Source of the DNA: an uncultured bacterium
Lineage (GTDB): Bacteria; Cyanobacteriota; Vampirovibrionia; Gastranaerophilales; Gastranaerophilaceae
NCBI GenBank assembly: GCA_902796305.1
Contig: CADBOJ010000072.1
Span: forward strand, 3,682 to 67,681
Reading direction: 5' to 3'
DNA length: 64,000 bases
Position numbers and translations under genes: made by a program. Under the pieces are notes generated by a model. It worked only from the letters and a program-made list of their open reading frames with translations. It did no database searches and was not told the DNA's origin. Below, in pieces: positions 1 through 9,722 of this stretch. Every line of letters starts with the position of its first letter. Within the stretch, counting starts at the first letter, position 1.

Positions 1-149
1 TATCAAGAGCAATTTATCATGCGTATAACGTCAAGACTTATCCTCTTAAAGAAAATACGAGTCTTGAATTTGAAGCATATTACAGTGATTTGGATGATTA
101 TATTAAAAATTACCCGAATTACTTTGAAAAACCGCCCGAAATGCAATAA
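1..149 (+). CDS. 3' end of an unidentified protein gene (partial, enters from window start)
   Basis: Frame 3 is open from the window edge to TAA at 147-149 (...AYYSDLDDYIKNYPNYFEKPPEMQ*). It is followed directly by a terminator hairpin. No family recognised. Confidence 0.4.
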   Translation, partial: SRAIYHAYNVKTYPLKENTSLEFEAYYSDLDDYIKNYPNYFEKPPEMQ

Positions 150-181
150 AAAACCGTAAATAATATAATTTACGGCTTTTT
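150..181. terminator. bidirectional rho-independent terminator between convergent genes
   Basis: Stem CCGTAAA (154-160) / TTTACGG (169-175) with an 8-nt loop. An A-run lies 5' and a T-run 3', so it reads as hairpin plus U-tract on both strands. Confidence 0.7.
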
Positions 182-193
182 ATTTATATATTA

Positions 194-1528
194 TTAATAA
201 GCGTTCAGGTAAGAATCAAGCTCCCATTGCGTAACATATGTTCTGTATCTATCCCATTCGATATGCTTTGTTGTGATAAATTCATTTAAAATATGTTCGC
301 CTAATGCATCTTTTATAACTTCATCACGCTTTAAAAGTTCAACCGCTTCAAATAACGTTCCGGGAAGCGAATCTATGTTTGCTTTTTTGAGTTCTTTTGG
401 TGTCATTTCGTAAATATTTTCTTCGACCGGTTTAGGCGGTTCGATTTTATTTTCAATACCGTCTAATATTGCGCCCAATATTGAAGCTAAAGCTAAATAG
501 GGATTACAGCTCGGGTCAGGGGAACGAAGTTCAATTCTTGTTGCAACGCCTCGTTTAGCGGGTACTCTTATTAGTGCCGAGCGGTTTGCAAGGCTCCACG
601 CAAGATATACTGGAGCTTCAAACCCCGGAACTATTCTTTTATAGCTGTTTACAATCGGATTGGTTACTGCGGTAAACGCCTTAACATGTTTTAAAACACC
701 GCCGATTGAATAAAGGGCATCTTTTGATAATTGAAAATTTTCATCCGGCGCAAAGAATGTATTTTGTCCGTCTTTAAATAACGATATATTACAGTGCATG
801 CCCGAACCGTTAATTCCGTATATCGGTTTTGGCATAAAGGTTGCATGAACCCCGTATTCATTAGCTATGCTTTTAACCGCATACTTAAATGTTATTATGT
901 TATCGGCTGTAGTCAAAGCATCCGCATATTTAAAATCGATTTCATGCTGACCGTCAGATACTTCGTGGTGGCTGGCTTCGATTTCAAAATTCATTGCTTC
1001 AAGAGTTCTTGTTATATCACGTCTTATGTCTTCTGCCATATCGGTAGGGGAAGCATCATAATATCCTGCTTTGTCGTGCGGAATTGTAGTTGCTTTTCCG
1101 TTTTCATCGAGTTCAAATATGAAAAATTCGGCTTCAGGTCCGACATTCATTTTGTAGCCTAACTTTTCGGCACGGGCTATCATTCTTTTTAAGTTGCATC
1201 TCGGGCATCCTTCAAAGGGTGTTCCGTCTGCATTATGAATATCACAGATAATTCTTGCGACATTTTCACCATTTCTTTCGCACCATGGCAAAATTGTGAA
1301 TGTGTTCAAATCGGGGAAGAAATACATATCCGAAGTTTCTATGCTTCTAAATCCTTTAATTGAAGAACCGTCAAGCATTATTTCGTTGTTCATTACTTTA
1401 TTTAATTGGCTTACGGGCAAACATAAGTTTTTAATTGTTCCGTTAATATCGCAAAATTGAAGTCTTATAAATCTGACGTTGTTTTCTTCACAAAGCCTTG
1501 CTATTTCTTCTTTTCTTTCTTCAGACAT
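194..1528 (-). CDS. glnA: glutamine synthetase, type I
   Basis: 444 aa. N-terminal beta-grasp region (VRFIRLQFCDINGTIKN, MLDGSSIKGF) and catalytic-domain motifs (GSGMHCNISL, NPYLA, SLPGTL). Strong SD AGGAGG 7 nt upstream of the ATG. Confidence 0.95.
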   Translation of the reverse strand: MSEERKEEIARLCEENNVRFIRLQFCDINGTIKNLCLPVSQLNKVMNNEIMLDGSSIKGFRSIETSDMYFFPDLNTFTILPWCERNGENVARIICDIHNADGTPFEGCPRCNLKRMIARAEKLGYKMNVGPEAEFFIFELDENGKATTIPHDKAGYYDASPTDMAEDIRRDITRTLEAMNFEIEASHHEVSDGQHEIDFKYADALTTADNIITFKYAVKSIANEYGVHATFMPKPIYGINGSGMHCNISLFKDGQNTFFAPDENFQLSKDALYSIGGVLKHVKAFTAVTNPIVNSYKRIVPGFEAPVYLAWSLANRSALIRVPAKRGVATRIELRSPDPSCNPYLALASILGAILDGIENKIEPPKPVEENIYEMTPKELKKANIDSLPGTLFEAVELLKRDEVIKDALGEHILNEFITTKHIEWDRYRTYVTQWELDSYLNAY

Positions 1529-1629
1529 AATTTTCCTCCTAAAAATTATCCGCTATTAGTAAATAATACAATTAAAAAATAAAAATCGGCTGTTTTTTTA
1601 TAAAAATTTAATATTGACTGCAAAACACC

Positions 1630-2448
1630 TTATTTAACCAAATATGTTCCTATAAAATTTCTGGCAAAGTCAAATTGAATTATTTTATAGCCCTGAGCTT
1701 TTGTATAATTTTCAACGACAATATTATATATATTTCCGATTTTAACTTCTTTATTGAAATTATAATGACCTGAAACAATAGCTTTTACATTGCTGTGTTT
1801 TTTTAATACATTATAATAATCCTCAATTCCTGCCGTTTGAACCCATTCGGAATTTGCTTCAAGAAGCGGGAAGTGCTGGAGAATAACAACATTTTTCTTT
1901 TCATATTTTTTCAATGTTTTATCAAGCCAGATAAGTTCGTCCTTTGGGTAAAATCCGTTTGCGGATTTAAAATACTGCTTGCTTCCGTCCATTACGACAA
2001 AGACAATATTTTTTTTCTTAAATACAAAATTGGTTTTTTTCGGATGGCGGTATAGAAAAGCTTTTCTAACCCTTTTCATATAATAATCTTTAGTAATGCC
2101 TGATGTTGAAAATACATCTTGATTACCCAGAAGTACTATTGTTTTTTTATGAACTCTTTTTGCAAGATAGAGAAAATAATTCAGATTTTCAACATTTGCT
2201 TTTTGGATATTATTTCCGCCAAAAACAACAAAATCCACATCTTTATATGAATTAATTTCTTTAACCGTATCTTGAAGCTTATATGCATTATCAGGATTTA
2301 TGTGAGTATCCGTAATAAAAATAAATTTTACTTCCTTTGATAAAGCAGTATTGCCTGCCTGTAAAAGGAAGAATAAAAACAAAAAGCATAAGATTTTTGA
2401 TATATATTTCATTGTTATTAGAATAGTATAAAAATAATTTTTCATCAA
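1630..2448 (-). CDS. exported calcineurin-like metallophosphoesterase
   Basis: Phosphoesterase motifs ITDTH, GGNN, GNQD and SGHYN. Signal-peptide-like N-terminus. The real start may be the internal Met (MKYISKILCF...) at 2412. Confidence 0.75.
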   Translation of the reverse strand: MMKNYFYTILITMKYISKILCFLFLFFLLQAGNTALSKEVKFIFITDTHINPDNAYKLQDTVKEINSYKDVDFVVFGGNNIQKANVENLNYFLYLAKRVHKKTIVLLGNQDVFSTSGITKDYYMKRVRKAFLYRHPKKTNFVFKKKNIVFVVMDGSKQYFKSANGFYPKDELIWLDKTLKKYEKKNVVILQHFPLLEANSEWVQTAGIEDYYNVLKKHSNVKAIVSGHYNFNKEVKIGNIYNIVVENYTKAQGYKIIQFDFARNFIGTYLVK

Positions 2449-2629
2449 ATTGTAAACAAATAAATCATAAATATTAATTTTATTTTTTTGATTAAAATCT
2501 TTTTAAATCAAGAGGATATTCCGCTAAACTTCTCTGAGGATTAAGAAGAAGGAATAAGCGCCGGTAATCTTCTATTAAATATAGACTTTTAAAACAGCAA
2601 ACTTTTATATTTTTGTATTTTAAAAAGAT

Positions 2630-3271
2630 ATGAATGCAGGAAAAATAAATTTTTTTAATCATTGTTGTCCGCCTTTAAAAAGAATGAATTTTGCGGGCGG
2701 GTATAAAGATTTAAAAGAAAAAGACGAAAAGTATATTTTTGACAGAACTCTTGATTTGTGCGCTTCTTTTTACAAAATGCCTGATTTTAAAGAAGAAAGT
2801 GTTGAAATAAACGGAGAAAAATTAAAGCTTACAACTTTTAGCGACGGGTTTTATATGTTAAAATCGAGCAATGACGAAGTTATGGCTACAATGAAAACAC
2901 TGGACAGAACCGAAAAAACAAGTAAATGCGATAACGATTTTTATTCCGAAAACAAAGGAGCTGTCGAAATATCTCTTATTTTTTCAAAAGGAAAAGGTAT
3001 GGGAAGTTTTTTAGTTAAAGAGGCAGTAAAAAGAAGTGTTGAAAAAGGTTACGAAGGAAGAATTATTTTAGATGCAGGTATTATAAATAGATCTATCGGC
3101 TCGCCTATTCCCTTTTATTATAAAATCGGTTTTAAAGCCTATGATACAGAAGCTCAAAAATGTATCGAAAAGAAAATGAGAGACTACGACGAAACAAAAA
3201 CATTTGTCCAGGGGGAGAAAGAAATACCGATGTATCTTGCACCTGAAAAAATTAAAGACTTTTTAGACTAA
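2630..3271 (+). CDS. hypothetical protein, possible GNAT-fold acetyltransferase
   Basis: 213 aa. The C-terminal half has a GNAT motif-A-like segment (SKGKGMGSFLVKEAVKRSVEKGYEGRIILDA ... YYKIGFKA). The N-terminal half is unrecognised. Confidence 0.35.
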   Translation: MNAGKINFFNHCCPPLKRMNFAGGYKDLKEKDEKYIFDRTLDLCASFYKMPDFKEESVEINGEKLKLTTFSDGFYMLKSSNDEVMATMKTLDRTEKTSKCDNDFYSENKGAVEISLIFSKGKGMGSFLVKEAVKRSVEKGYEGRIILDAGIINRSIGSPIPFYYKIGFKAYDTEAQKCIEKKMRDYDETKTFVQGEKEIPMYLAPEKIKDFLD

Positions 3272-4510
3272 TTTTTCATCTTTTATTTTAAAGGCGCAAT
3301 ATACCTGAATTATACTAAGTATCAAAAATAATCCGTACACAAGCAAGTAGGATTTATTGGAATATATTAAAACACCGTTTATATTTTGCGGTTCAAATAC
3401 ATTCATAAGCATTCCCGACAACATTCCCAATATTCCGACCATCATAAAAAAACCGAAATTTTGTATACTTACTGCCGTTGCGGATATTTCGTATCTGTTT
3501 AAACAATGCAGAGTTAAAATCAATAAAGGTGAAATACTTCCAATGAAAGAGGGAATGCAAAATATTAAGGCAATAATTTTTGAATGAATATTTAAAAATA
3601 AAAGCCCGAATACTGACAAAACCGATAAAACCGATAAAATACCGACTGTTTTAAAAATAAGCGCACGCTTATTTCCCATACATTTTGAAATATATGCAAC
3701 GATTGTTCCTGCAAATGCTGATATTACCGCCATTACAGATAATATTAAAGCAGCTTTGTTTACACCGAAATTACAAAAATCCTGCAAAAACTTCTTTCCT
3801 ATAATGCTTTGTAAAACATAATAAAGACCGTAATTCGTACTTCCGAATATATAGAGATTAATATTTTTTTTATTTTTAAGTACTTCAATAAAAGGTTTCA
3901 GACTTATATCCGTTTTCTTTTCAATATGAACAGGTTTAAAAATAAATAATAAAATCAAATATATTAAAGTAATAATTGCCCCGAAGCATCCTATGCCGAA
4001 TAAAGATTGATGCCATCCGATTTTACCCACAACTGCTACAAAAGGTGCATTTGCAAATATTCCTCCGCAATAGCCTATAAATAAAATATAAGAAATTGCA
4101 AGAGAAAAGTTTTTATCTTTTGCAAATTTTTTAACTTCTCTGATTGAACTTATGTAAAATGTTGCAGCACCAAAACCCACGAGTGCTCTGCTCAGATAAA
4201 GTATGTTTATGTTATCGGAAAGAGGAAATAAAACTGCTCCGATTGAAAAAACAATGCTTCCTATGGCAATAACTCTGAATCCGCCGAATTTATCAACCAT
4301 CAAGCCTACTATAAGCTGGCAAAAAGCATACACATAACAAAAAATAGACCCGAGAAGCGTAATTTTAGATGCACCCGTTAAAAAATCTCCTTGAAGTAAA
4401 TCAAATATCGCCCCCGGAACGGCAACACGCTGAATATTTGCAAGAAAATACAGTATTGTTCCGAGTGTTATTAAAATAAATCTGTAATAATGCTTTTGAT
4501 GAAGTGACAT
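3263..4510 (-). CDS. MFS transporter
   Basis: 415 aa with about 12 predicted TM helices. MFS-type loop motif (GLMVDKFGGFRV). Confidence 0.8.
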   Translation of the reverse strand: MSLHQKHYYRFILITLGTILYFLANIQRVAVPGAIFDLLQGDFLTGASKITLLGSIFCYVYAFCQLIVGLMVDKFGGFRVIAIGSIVFSIGAVLFPLSDNINILYLSRALVGFGAATFYISSIREVKKFAKDKNFSLAISYILFIGYCGGIFANAPFVAVVGKIGWHQSLFGIGCFGAIITLIYLILLFIFKPVHIEKKTDISLKPFIEVLKNKKNINLYIFGSTNYGLYYVLQSIIGKKFLQDFCNFGVNKAALILSVMAVISAFAGTIVAYISKCMGNKRALIFKTVGILSVLSVLSVFGLLFLNIHSKIIALIFCIPSFIGSISPLLILTLHCLNRYEISATAVSIQNFGFFMMVGILGMLSGMLMNVFEPQNINGVLIYSNKSYLLVYGLFLILSIIQVYCAFKIKDEKLV

Positions 4511-4526
4511 ATAAATTCCTTAAAAT

Positions 4527-4865
4527 TTATTTTTTAAAAATAAAAAATACCGCAAGAACAATGAAAATAAATCCTACCAAATAGTTCCATCTGAATTGCT
4601 CCTTAAGATACAGTACGCTGAAAAGGCTGAATATTATGAGTGTTATAACTTCCTGTATTGTTTTTAATTGAACAACATTATATACTTCATGTCCAAAACG
4701 ATTGGCGGGAACTTGAAAACAATATTCAAAAAATGCTATCCCCCATGATACAAGAATTACAACCCATAAAGCCGAACTTTTGTGTCTTAAGTGTCCGTAC
4801 CATGCAAATGTCATAAATATATTTGAAATTGTTAATAAAATAATCGGTGTAAAAAATTTCAACAT
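4527..4865 (-). CDS. small DMT-superfamily membrane protein (DUF486-like)
   Basis: 112 aa, 4 TM helices. Characteristic N-terminus SNIFMTFAWYGHLRHK. Confidence 0.6.
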   Translation of the reverse strand: MLKFFTPIILLTISNIFMTFAWYGHLRHKSSALWVVILVSWGIAFFEYCFQVPANRFGHEVYNVVQLKTIQEVITLIIFSLFSVLYLKEQFRWNYLVGFIFIVLAVFFIFKK

Positions 4866-4916
4866 AAGATTATTTTAATATAAAATTATTTGTTTGTTTT
4901 ATTTAATAAAAATATT

Positions 4917-6446
4917 TTATTCTATTTTGGATATGTCCCTACTGTTTTGAGTAAAGTTATCAATGAGTTTTTTAGCGGTTTTTTGATTGTTTATTGTTGC
5001 ATTTCCTCCGATACATCCGCCTTCACAGCACATAACCTCTACCAGATTGCATTCGTTTTCGCAAATTCCCGATAACGCATATTTTTTAAGAAGTTTAATA
5101 CTTTCTTTGTTAATTCCGTTAACTAAACATGGTTTTATTACGGATTCATCCCTTAAAGATGCCGTTACGGATTTTGCAACTCCGCCTGTATATCCGAAAC
5201 ATCTTGCCTGTTTTGAGCTTTCCTTTTTAAATTTTTCTTCTTTACAGTTTAAGATTTCGATTTTTTTTGCAACAAACAATGCTCCGAGTTCTTCATAGTT
5301 CATTACATAATCAACATTTTCGTTTTCAAAACCTTCGGCACGTTTTGCTACACAGGGGCTTATAAATACTTTGACCGCATCGCTGTTTTCTTTTTTTACA
5401 ATTTCTGCCGTATAATAAAGCGGGGTTTTTGTATTCGATACATATGGTTTTATTTCGGGAAGATGTTTTTTTACCAATTGATTATATCCGGCACAACAGC
5501 TTGTTGTCATAAAATTTTGTTTTTTAATTTCCGAAGTTGAATCCTGCTGACCGTATCCTCCCTCATTTACCCAATCGCCGACCCAATCGTTAAGCCCGTG
5601 CATTCTTTCCGTAAATTCTTTTGCTTCATTATGTGCTGTAATATCCGCACCTTGAGCAACTTCGTAAACATCATCAAAACCGGCTTTTATTATTGCACTT
5701 TTTAATTGATAAATCGTACCCGGAAATTGTCCTGCAATAGACGGAGCAATCATTGCAATAACTTTTTTATTTGAACTTATTGCTTTTAAGATATCAATTA
5801 TCTGGCTTCTTTCATGTACCGCACCAAAAGGACAGGCTGCCGTGCATCTTCCGCAATTTATGCATTTATCGTAATCAATGCTTGCAAACCCTGTTTCATC
5901 CTTTTTAATCGCATTAACAGGACATACTTCTTCACACGGAACGGTAATTTTAACTATGGCTCTATAGGGACAAGCGTTAACGCACATCTGGCATTTTTTG
6001 CACTTTGTTTCATCTATGACGGATCTGCCGTTTACAACCGAAATTGCGCCGAATTTACACGATTTTTCGCACGGACGGGCAACACATCCCTGACATAAAT
6101 CCGTAACATAAATCCTGTTTGTGGCGCAACCCTTGCAAGCTGCCTGTAAAACCGTTAAATTTTTATCGCTGATTTTGTTTCTTTCAAGCGCACGTTTAGC
6201 GTATTTTGCAAGAGATATTGTTTCGTCATCTTCTTCAATGGGAAATCCTAAACCTGCAATAACCCTGTCTTTTATGATTGCCCTTTCCTTATATACACAG
6301 CATCTGTATGGCACTTCCATTCCTTTAGGGCGCATATCATAGGGTATAAGTCTTGTTTGTTCTTCAAAATCACCTGAAATATATGCTTTTATTATCCTTA
6401 TTAGGATTTCTTTTTTTATATGAATTGTTTGTCCCGAGTTGTTCAT
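4917..6446 (-). CDS. [FeFe] hydrogenase catalytic subunit (monomeric, group-B-like) with N-terminal 4Fe-4S domains
   Basis: H-cluster motifs: L1 TTSCCAGY, L2 SPCVAKRAE and L3 EVMCCEGGCIGG. Two CxxCxxCxxxCP ferredoxin motifs (CKKCQMCVNACP, CINCGRCTAACP). The start overlaps the upstream stop (TAATG). Confidence 0.85.
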   Translation of the reverse strand: MNNSGQTIHIKKEILIRIIKAYISGDFEEQTRLIPYDMRPKGMEVPYRCCVYKERAIIKDRVIAGLGFPIEEDDETISLAKYAKRALERNKISDKNLTVLQAACKGCATNRIYVTDLCQGCVARPCEKSCKFGAISVVNGRSVIDETKCKKCQMCVNACPYRAIVKITVPCEEVCPVNAIKKDETGFASIDYDKCINCGRCTAACPFGAVHERSQIIDILKAISSNKKVIAMIAPSIAGQFPGTIYQLKSAIIKAGFDDVYEVAQGADITAHNEAKEFTERMHGLNDWVGDWVNEGGYGQQDSTSEIKKQNFMTTSCCAGYNQLVKKHLPEIKPYVSNTKTPLYYTAEIVKKENSDAVKVFISPCVAKRAEGFENENVDYVMNYEELGALFVAKKIEILNCKEEKFKKESSKQARCFGYTGGVAKSVTASLRDESVIKPCLVNGINKESIKLLKKYALSGICENECNLVEVMCCEGGCIGGNATINNQKTAKKLIDNFTQNSRDISKIE

Positions 6447-6718
6447 TAATTAATTCCCAGCTTTTTATCAACAAGCTCCAATACTTTTTCGACTGTTGCT
6501 TCATTAACCACATCATCATCAACTTTTACATACGGTGCTTTTGAATATTCCCAGTTAATGGAACAAAGCCCGAGGCAGTTTACTCCCGATAACTCAACTT
6601 TGTTTCCGTATTTTTTTGGAATAATTTCGTTTAATTCCTGAAGATTGCCTCCGCCCATAACAAAACAGGTTGTACCCAGACAAACTTTCACCGAAACTTT
6701 TTCCGCACTGTTTTTCAT
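6446..6718 (-). CDS. thioredoxin-like [2Fe-2S] ferredoxin (NuoE/HndA-like)
   Basis: 90 aa. Cys pattern CLGTTC (Cx4C) ... CLGLC (Cx3C). Translationally coupled to the hydrogenase gene. Confidence 0.7.
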   Translation of the reverse strand: MKNSAEKVSVKVCLGTTCFVMGGGNLQELNEIIPKKYGNKVELSGVNCLGLCSINWEYSKAPYVKVDDDVVNEATVEKVLELVDKKLGIN

Positions 6719-6917
6719 AATTAAATTCCTTATGCCACCTGTGATACTAGTTTTATTGAACTTACAATATTATATTTTACTCATACGATTATTTTATATA
6801 TAAAAAGTATTATTTTACAAACTCTTAACAATATTGAAATTACAAACAAGTGATATATTATATTATTGGGGGGATTATAGTCAGGATAGTAATTAGTTAA
6901 TCCTTTGGAAAATAAAA

Positions 6918-8690
6918 GTGAACGAGCATATTAAATTATTAATAGAAGATATAAAAAATCTCTGGAATAAACTCGATGTAAACCAGAAATTCTCTATAGC
7001 AGCGCTTATTGTTGCAATGGTTGTTGTGGGTATATTTTTCATTTTTAAAGCAACCGAGCCAAACTGGACAGTATTATATTCGGATTTATCAAAGCAGGAT
7101 GTTGCCGCTATATCGGAAAGTTTGAAAAAAAGCGGATATGCGTACAAGTTAACCGAGGATAAAACGGGAATCCTTGTTAAAAATCAGGATAAAGAAACCT
7201 TGAGGATGTTTGTTGCCGAAAATGATTTAATTAAAGATACATCGGGCGGTTTTGAACTTCTTGATGAACTGCAGATGGGTTCTACCGATTTTAAAAACAA
7301 ACTGACAAAGCAAAGAATTTTTCAGGGTGAACTTACCCGCACGATTGAAAAAATTCAAGGTGTTTCAAAAGCCAGAGTACAGCTTGCAGAACCTGAAAGG
7401 TCAATATTTTCGGATGATGATGAAGAACCGTCAGCAAGCGTAGTTTTAATTTTAGATGCTGGAGTAAAATTAAAAGCAAGTCAAATCCTTGCGATTAAAA
7501 ATCTTGTAGCGTATTCCATTCCCCGTTTAACCAATGACAGAGTATTTATAACCGACCAGTTCGGAAATGTTTTATCGGACGATGTTTCTAAAAACTCTAC
7601 CGATATGCAGACCTACAGAACAAATTTTGAAAAAGAAGCCGCAAAAAAAATAAAAGATACCCTTGAAACAATAATGGGAAAAGATAATGTTTCGGTTCAG
7701 GTTTCAACGGTTATGGACTTCAATCAAACCCGTTCAACCATTGAAAGTTATACCCCGAATAAAAATTCAGATGCCGGTGTTGTTTTAACAAAACAGGGCG
7801 AAAAAGAAATATATTCTAACCCTAAAGACCTGCCATCAAATTCCGCATCGAATGCGGGCGGAAAACAACCGGATGTAACTCAGGCACAAACCAATGCGCA
7901 AAATGAAATGAACAGCCTTGCGGAAAGGCAAAATTCGGATGAAGAAACCGTTCAACAGCAGGGAATTGTTGAACCTCAAAATGTTACAGCTATGACATTA
8001 AATGAAACGCCGGCTAAGACCACAAACTATATTGATAAAGATAAATACCCGAAAGATGGTAATGAAGTACGTAAATTAAGTTATGAAAAAGAAAAGCAGG
8101 CAACAACTTATGCGGTTACAAAAGAAGTAAAGCAGGTTGTATATGCACCGGGTTCGGTTGTAAGAATGAGTGTTGCTGTTGCGGTTAATAAAATCCTAAC
8201 GGATGAAGAAAAAAACGAAATTAAAAATCTTGTTCAGGCTGCAGCAGGAATGGATTTTTCAAGAGGCGATGTTGTTAATGTATCAAGCTTGAAGTTTACG
8301 GGTATTGATAAAGAAGAAGCCGTAAGACAGGATAAAGAGCGCCAGCAGCAATTTATTATGGATATTTTAACATTTATATTTAAAAATGTTTCTCCCATAC
8401 TGCTCGTTTTATTCCTTGGAATTATGGCGCTTAATAATTTCGGAAGCGTATTTAAAGCTATGAAACCCGAAGAAGAAAATAAAGAAAACGAAGAAGAGGA
8501 GGCTGATGCTCTTCCCTCTTTTGATCCTTATATAGCTCTTCAACAAAATCAAACAAATCAAGATGATTTTTATCAACAAAATATTCAATTTACTTCGGTA
8601 ACGGATAAAAAGAAAAGCGAAATAATTAATACAATTCTCGGCAATCCTGAGGAAGCTGCCAGAATAATAACTTCATACATAAAGGAATAA
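6918..8690 (+). CDS. fliF: flagellar M-ring protein FliF
   Basis: 590 aa, GTG start. N-terminal TM, YscJ/FliF-type ring-building region (LYSDLSKQDVAAISESLKKSGYAYKL, ARVQLAEPE), second TM near the C-terminus. Immediately precedes fliG. Confidence 0.9.
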   Translation: MNEHIKLLIEDIKNLWNKLDVNQKFSIAALIVAMVVVGIFFIFKATEPNWTVLYSDLSKQDVAAISESLKKSGYAYKLTEDKTGILVKNQDKETLRMFVAENDLIKDTSGGFELLDELQMGSTDFKNKLTKQRIFQGELTRTIEKIQGVSKARVQLAEPERSIFSDDDEEPSASVVLILDAGVKLKASQILAIKNLVAYSIPRLTNDRVFITDQFGNVLSDDVSKNSTDMQTYRTNFEKEAAKKIKDTLETIMGKDNVSVQVSTVMDFNQTRSTIESYTPNKNSDAGVVLTKQGEKEIYSNPKDLPSNSASNAGGKQPDVTQAQTNAQNEMNSLAERQNSDEETVQQQGIVEPQNVTAMTLNETPAKTTNYIDKDKYPKDGNEVRKLSYEKEKQATTYAVTKEVKQVVYAPGSVVRMSVAVAVNKILTDEEKNEIKNLVQAAAGMDFSRGDVVNVSSLKFTGIDKEEAVRQDKERQQQFIMDILTFIFKNVSPILLVLFLGIMALNNFGSVFKAMKPEEENKENEEEEADALPSFDPYIALQQNQTNQDDFYQQNIQFTSVTDKKKSEIINTILGNPEEAARIITSYIKE

Positions 8691-8699
8691 AACTGATAA

Positions 8700-9722
8700 A
8701 TGGCAAATATTCGTACAGAACAAATGACACCAACGCAAAAGGTTGCTGCTTTGCTTATAACCTTAGGGCCGAGTACGGCTTCGGAAATTATGAAAAACAT
8801 AGAAGACAATGCAGCCCTTGAGCAGATAACAATTGAAATTGCAGGGATGAGCAAGCTTTCTCAAGAAGTAATCGAGGCTATCGTAGATGAGTTTCATACC
8901 GTTTTTCAAGCTTCATCAATGCTTGCCGCAGGCGGTATGAATTATGCAAAAGAGCTTCTTGAAAAGGCGTACGGTGCAAATGAGGCAAACGATATATTAA
9001 ACAGGCTGGTTACAATTTTAAATTCAAATCCTTTTCAATTTTTTAATGAAGCCGACCCTGCTCAGCTTGCAACTTCATTTCAAAATGAAAATCCGCAATT
9101 GATTGCTCTTATACTTGCATATTTAAAGCCCGAACAGTCGGCAAAAGTTTTGAATTATCTTGCACCGGGTATTCAATATAAAGTTGCATTAAAAATTGCC
9201 CAAATGGAAACAACAAACCCCGAAATTATATCGGAAATTGAAAAAATTGTTGAATCTAAATTTTCAAATGTTGTTGCTACCGATTTTTCAAAGGCGGGAG
9301 GTACAAAAGCTCTTGCAAGCATTTTGAACAGCACCGACCGTTCAACCGAAAAGAATGTTATAGAAACAATGGAAATAGAAATACCGGAGCTGGCTGAAGA
9401 CGTTAGAAGTTTGATGTTTGTATTTGAAGATATAGTTCAGCTTGATGATTCTTCAATTCAAAGAGTATTAAGAGAAGTTGATACAAGGGATTTAGCTACT
9501 TCATTAAAAGGTGCAAAAGATGAAGTTAAAGATAAAATTCTTAGAAATATGTCAGAGCGTGCTCAGGGAATGTTACTTGAAGAAATAGAATACATGGGAC
9601 CGGTCAGAACAAAAGAAGTTCAAAAAGCACAATCCAAAATTGTCGGCGTTGTAAAAGCGCTTGAAGCGGTGGGTGAAGTTACGATATATCGTGACAGTCA
9701 AGAGGATGAATTAATTGAGTAA
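8700..9722 (+). CDS. fliG: flagellar motor switch protein FliG
   Basis: 340 aa. AALLITLGP start, EHPQ-equivalent NENPQLIALIL, and C-terminal torque helix region (MSERAQGMLLEEIEYMGPVR). Confidence 0.93.
   Translation: MANIRTEQMTPTQKVAALLITLGPSTASEIMKNIEDNAALEQITIEIAGMSKLSQEVIEAIVDEFHTVFQASSMLAAGGMNYAKELLEKAYGANEANDILNRLVTILNSNPFQFFNEADPAQLATSFQNENPQLIALILAYLKPEQSAKVLNYLAPGIQYKVALKIAQMETTNPEIISEIEKIVESKFSNVVATDFSKAGGTKALASILNSTDRSTEKNVIETMEIEIPELAEDVRSLMFVFEDIVQLDDSSIQRVLREVDTRDLATSLKGAKDEVKDKILRNMSERAQGMLLEEIEYMGPVRTKEVQKAQSKIVGVVKALEAVGEVTIYRDSQEDELIE

Noticed and set aside
794-1162. 122-aa + strand ORF inside glnA, and similar short antisense ORFs inside the MFS, hydrogenase, fliI, ABC ATPase, flgL, pheT, cheA and other genes
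   Set aside because: These overlap well-supported genes on the opposite strand. Their composition is typical of antisense frames in AT-rich DNA (F/I/L/C/Y-rich), and no motifs are recognisable.
1529-1629. Possible glutamine riboswitch (glnA RNA motif) upstream of glnA
   Set aside because: The 100-nt region is almost pure A/T, with no pseudoknot-capable GC stems. It contains only the SD and promoter-like sequence.
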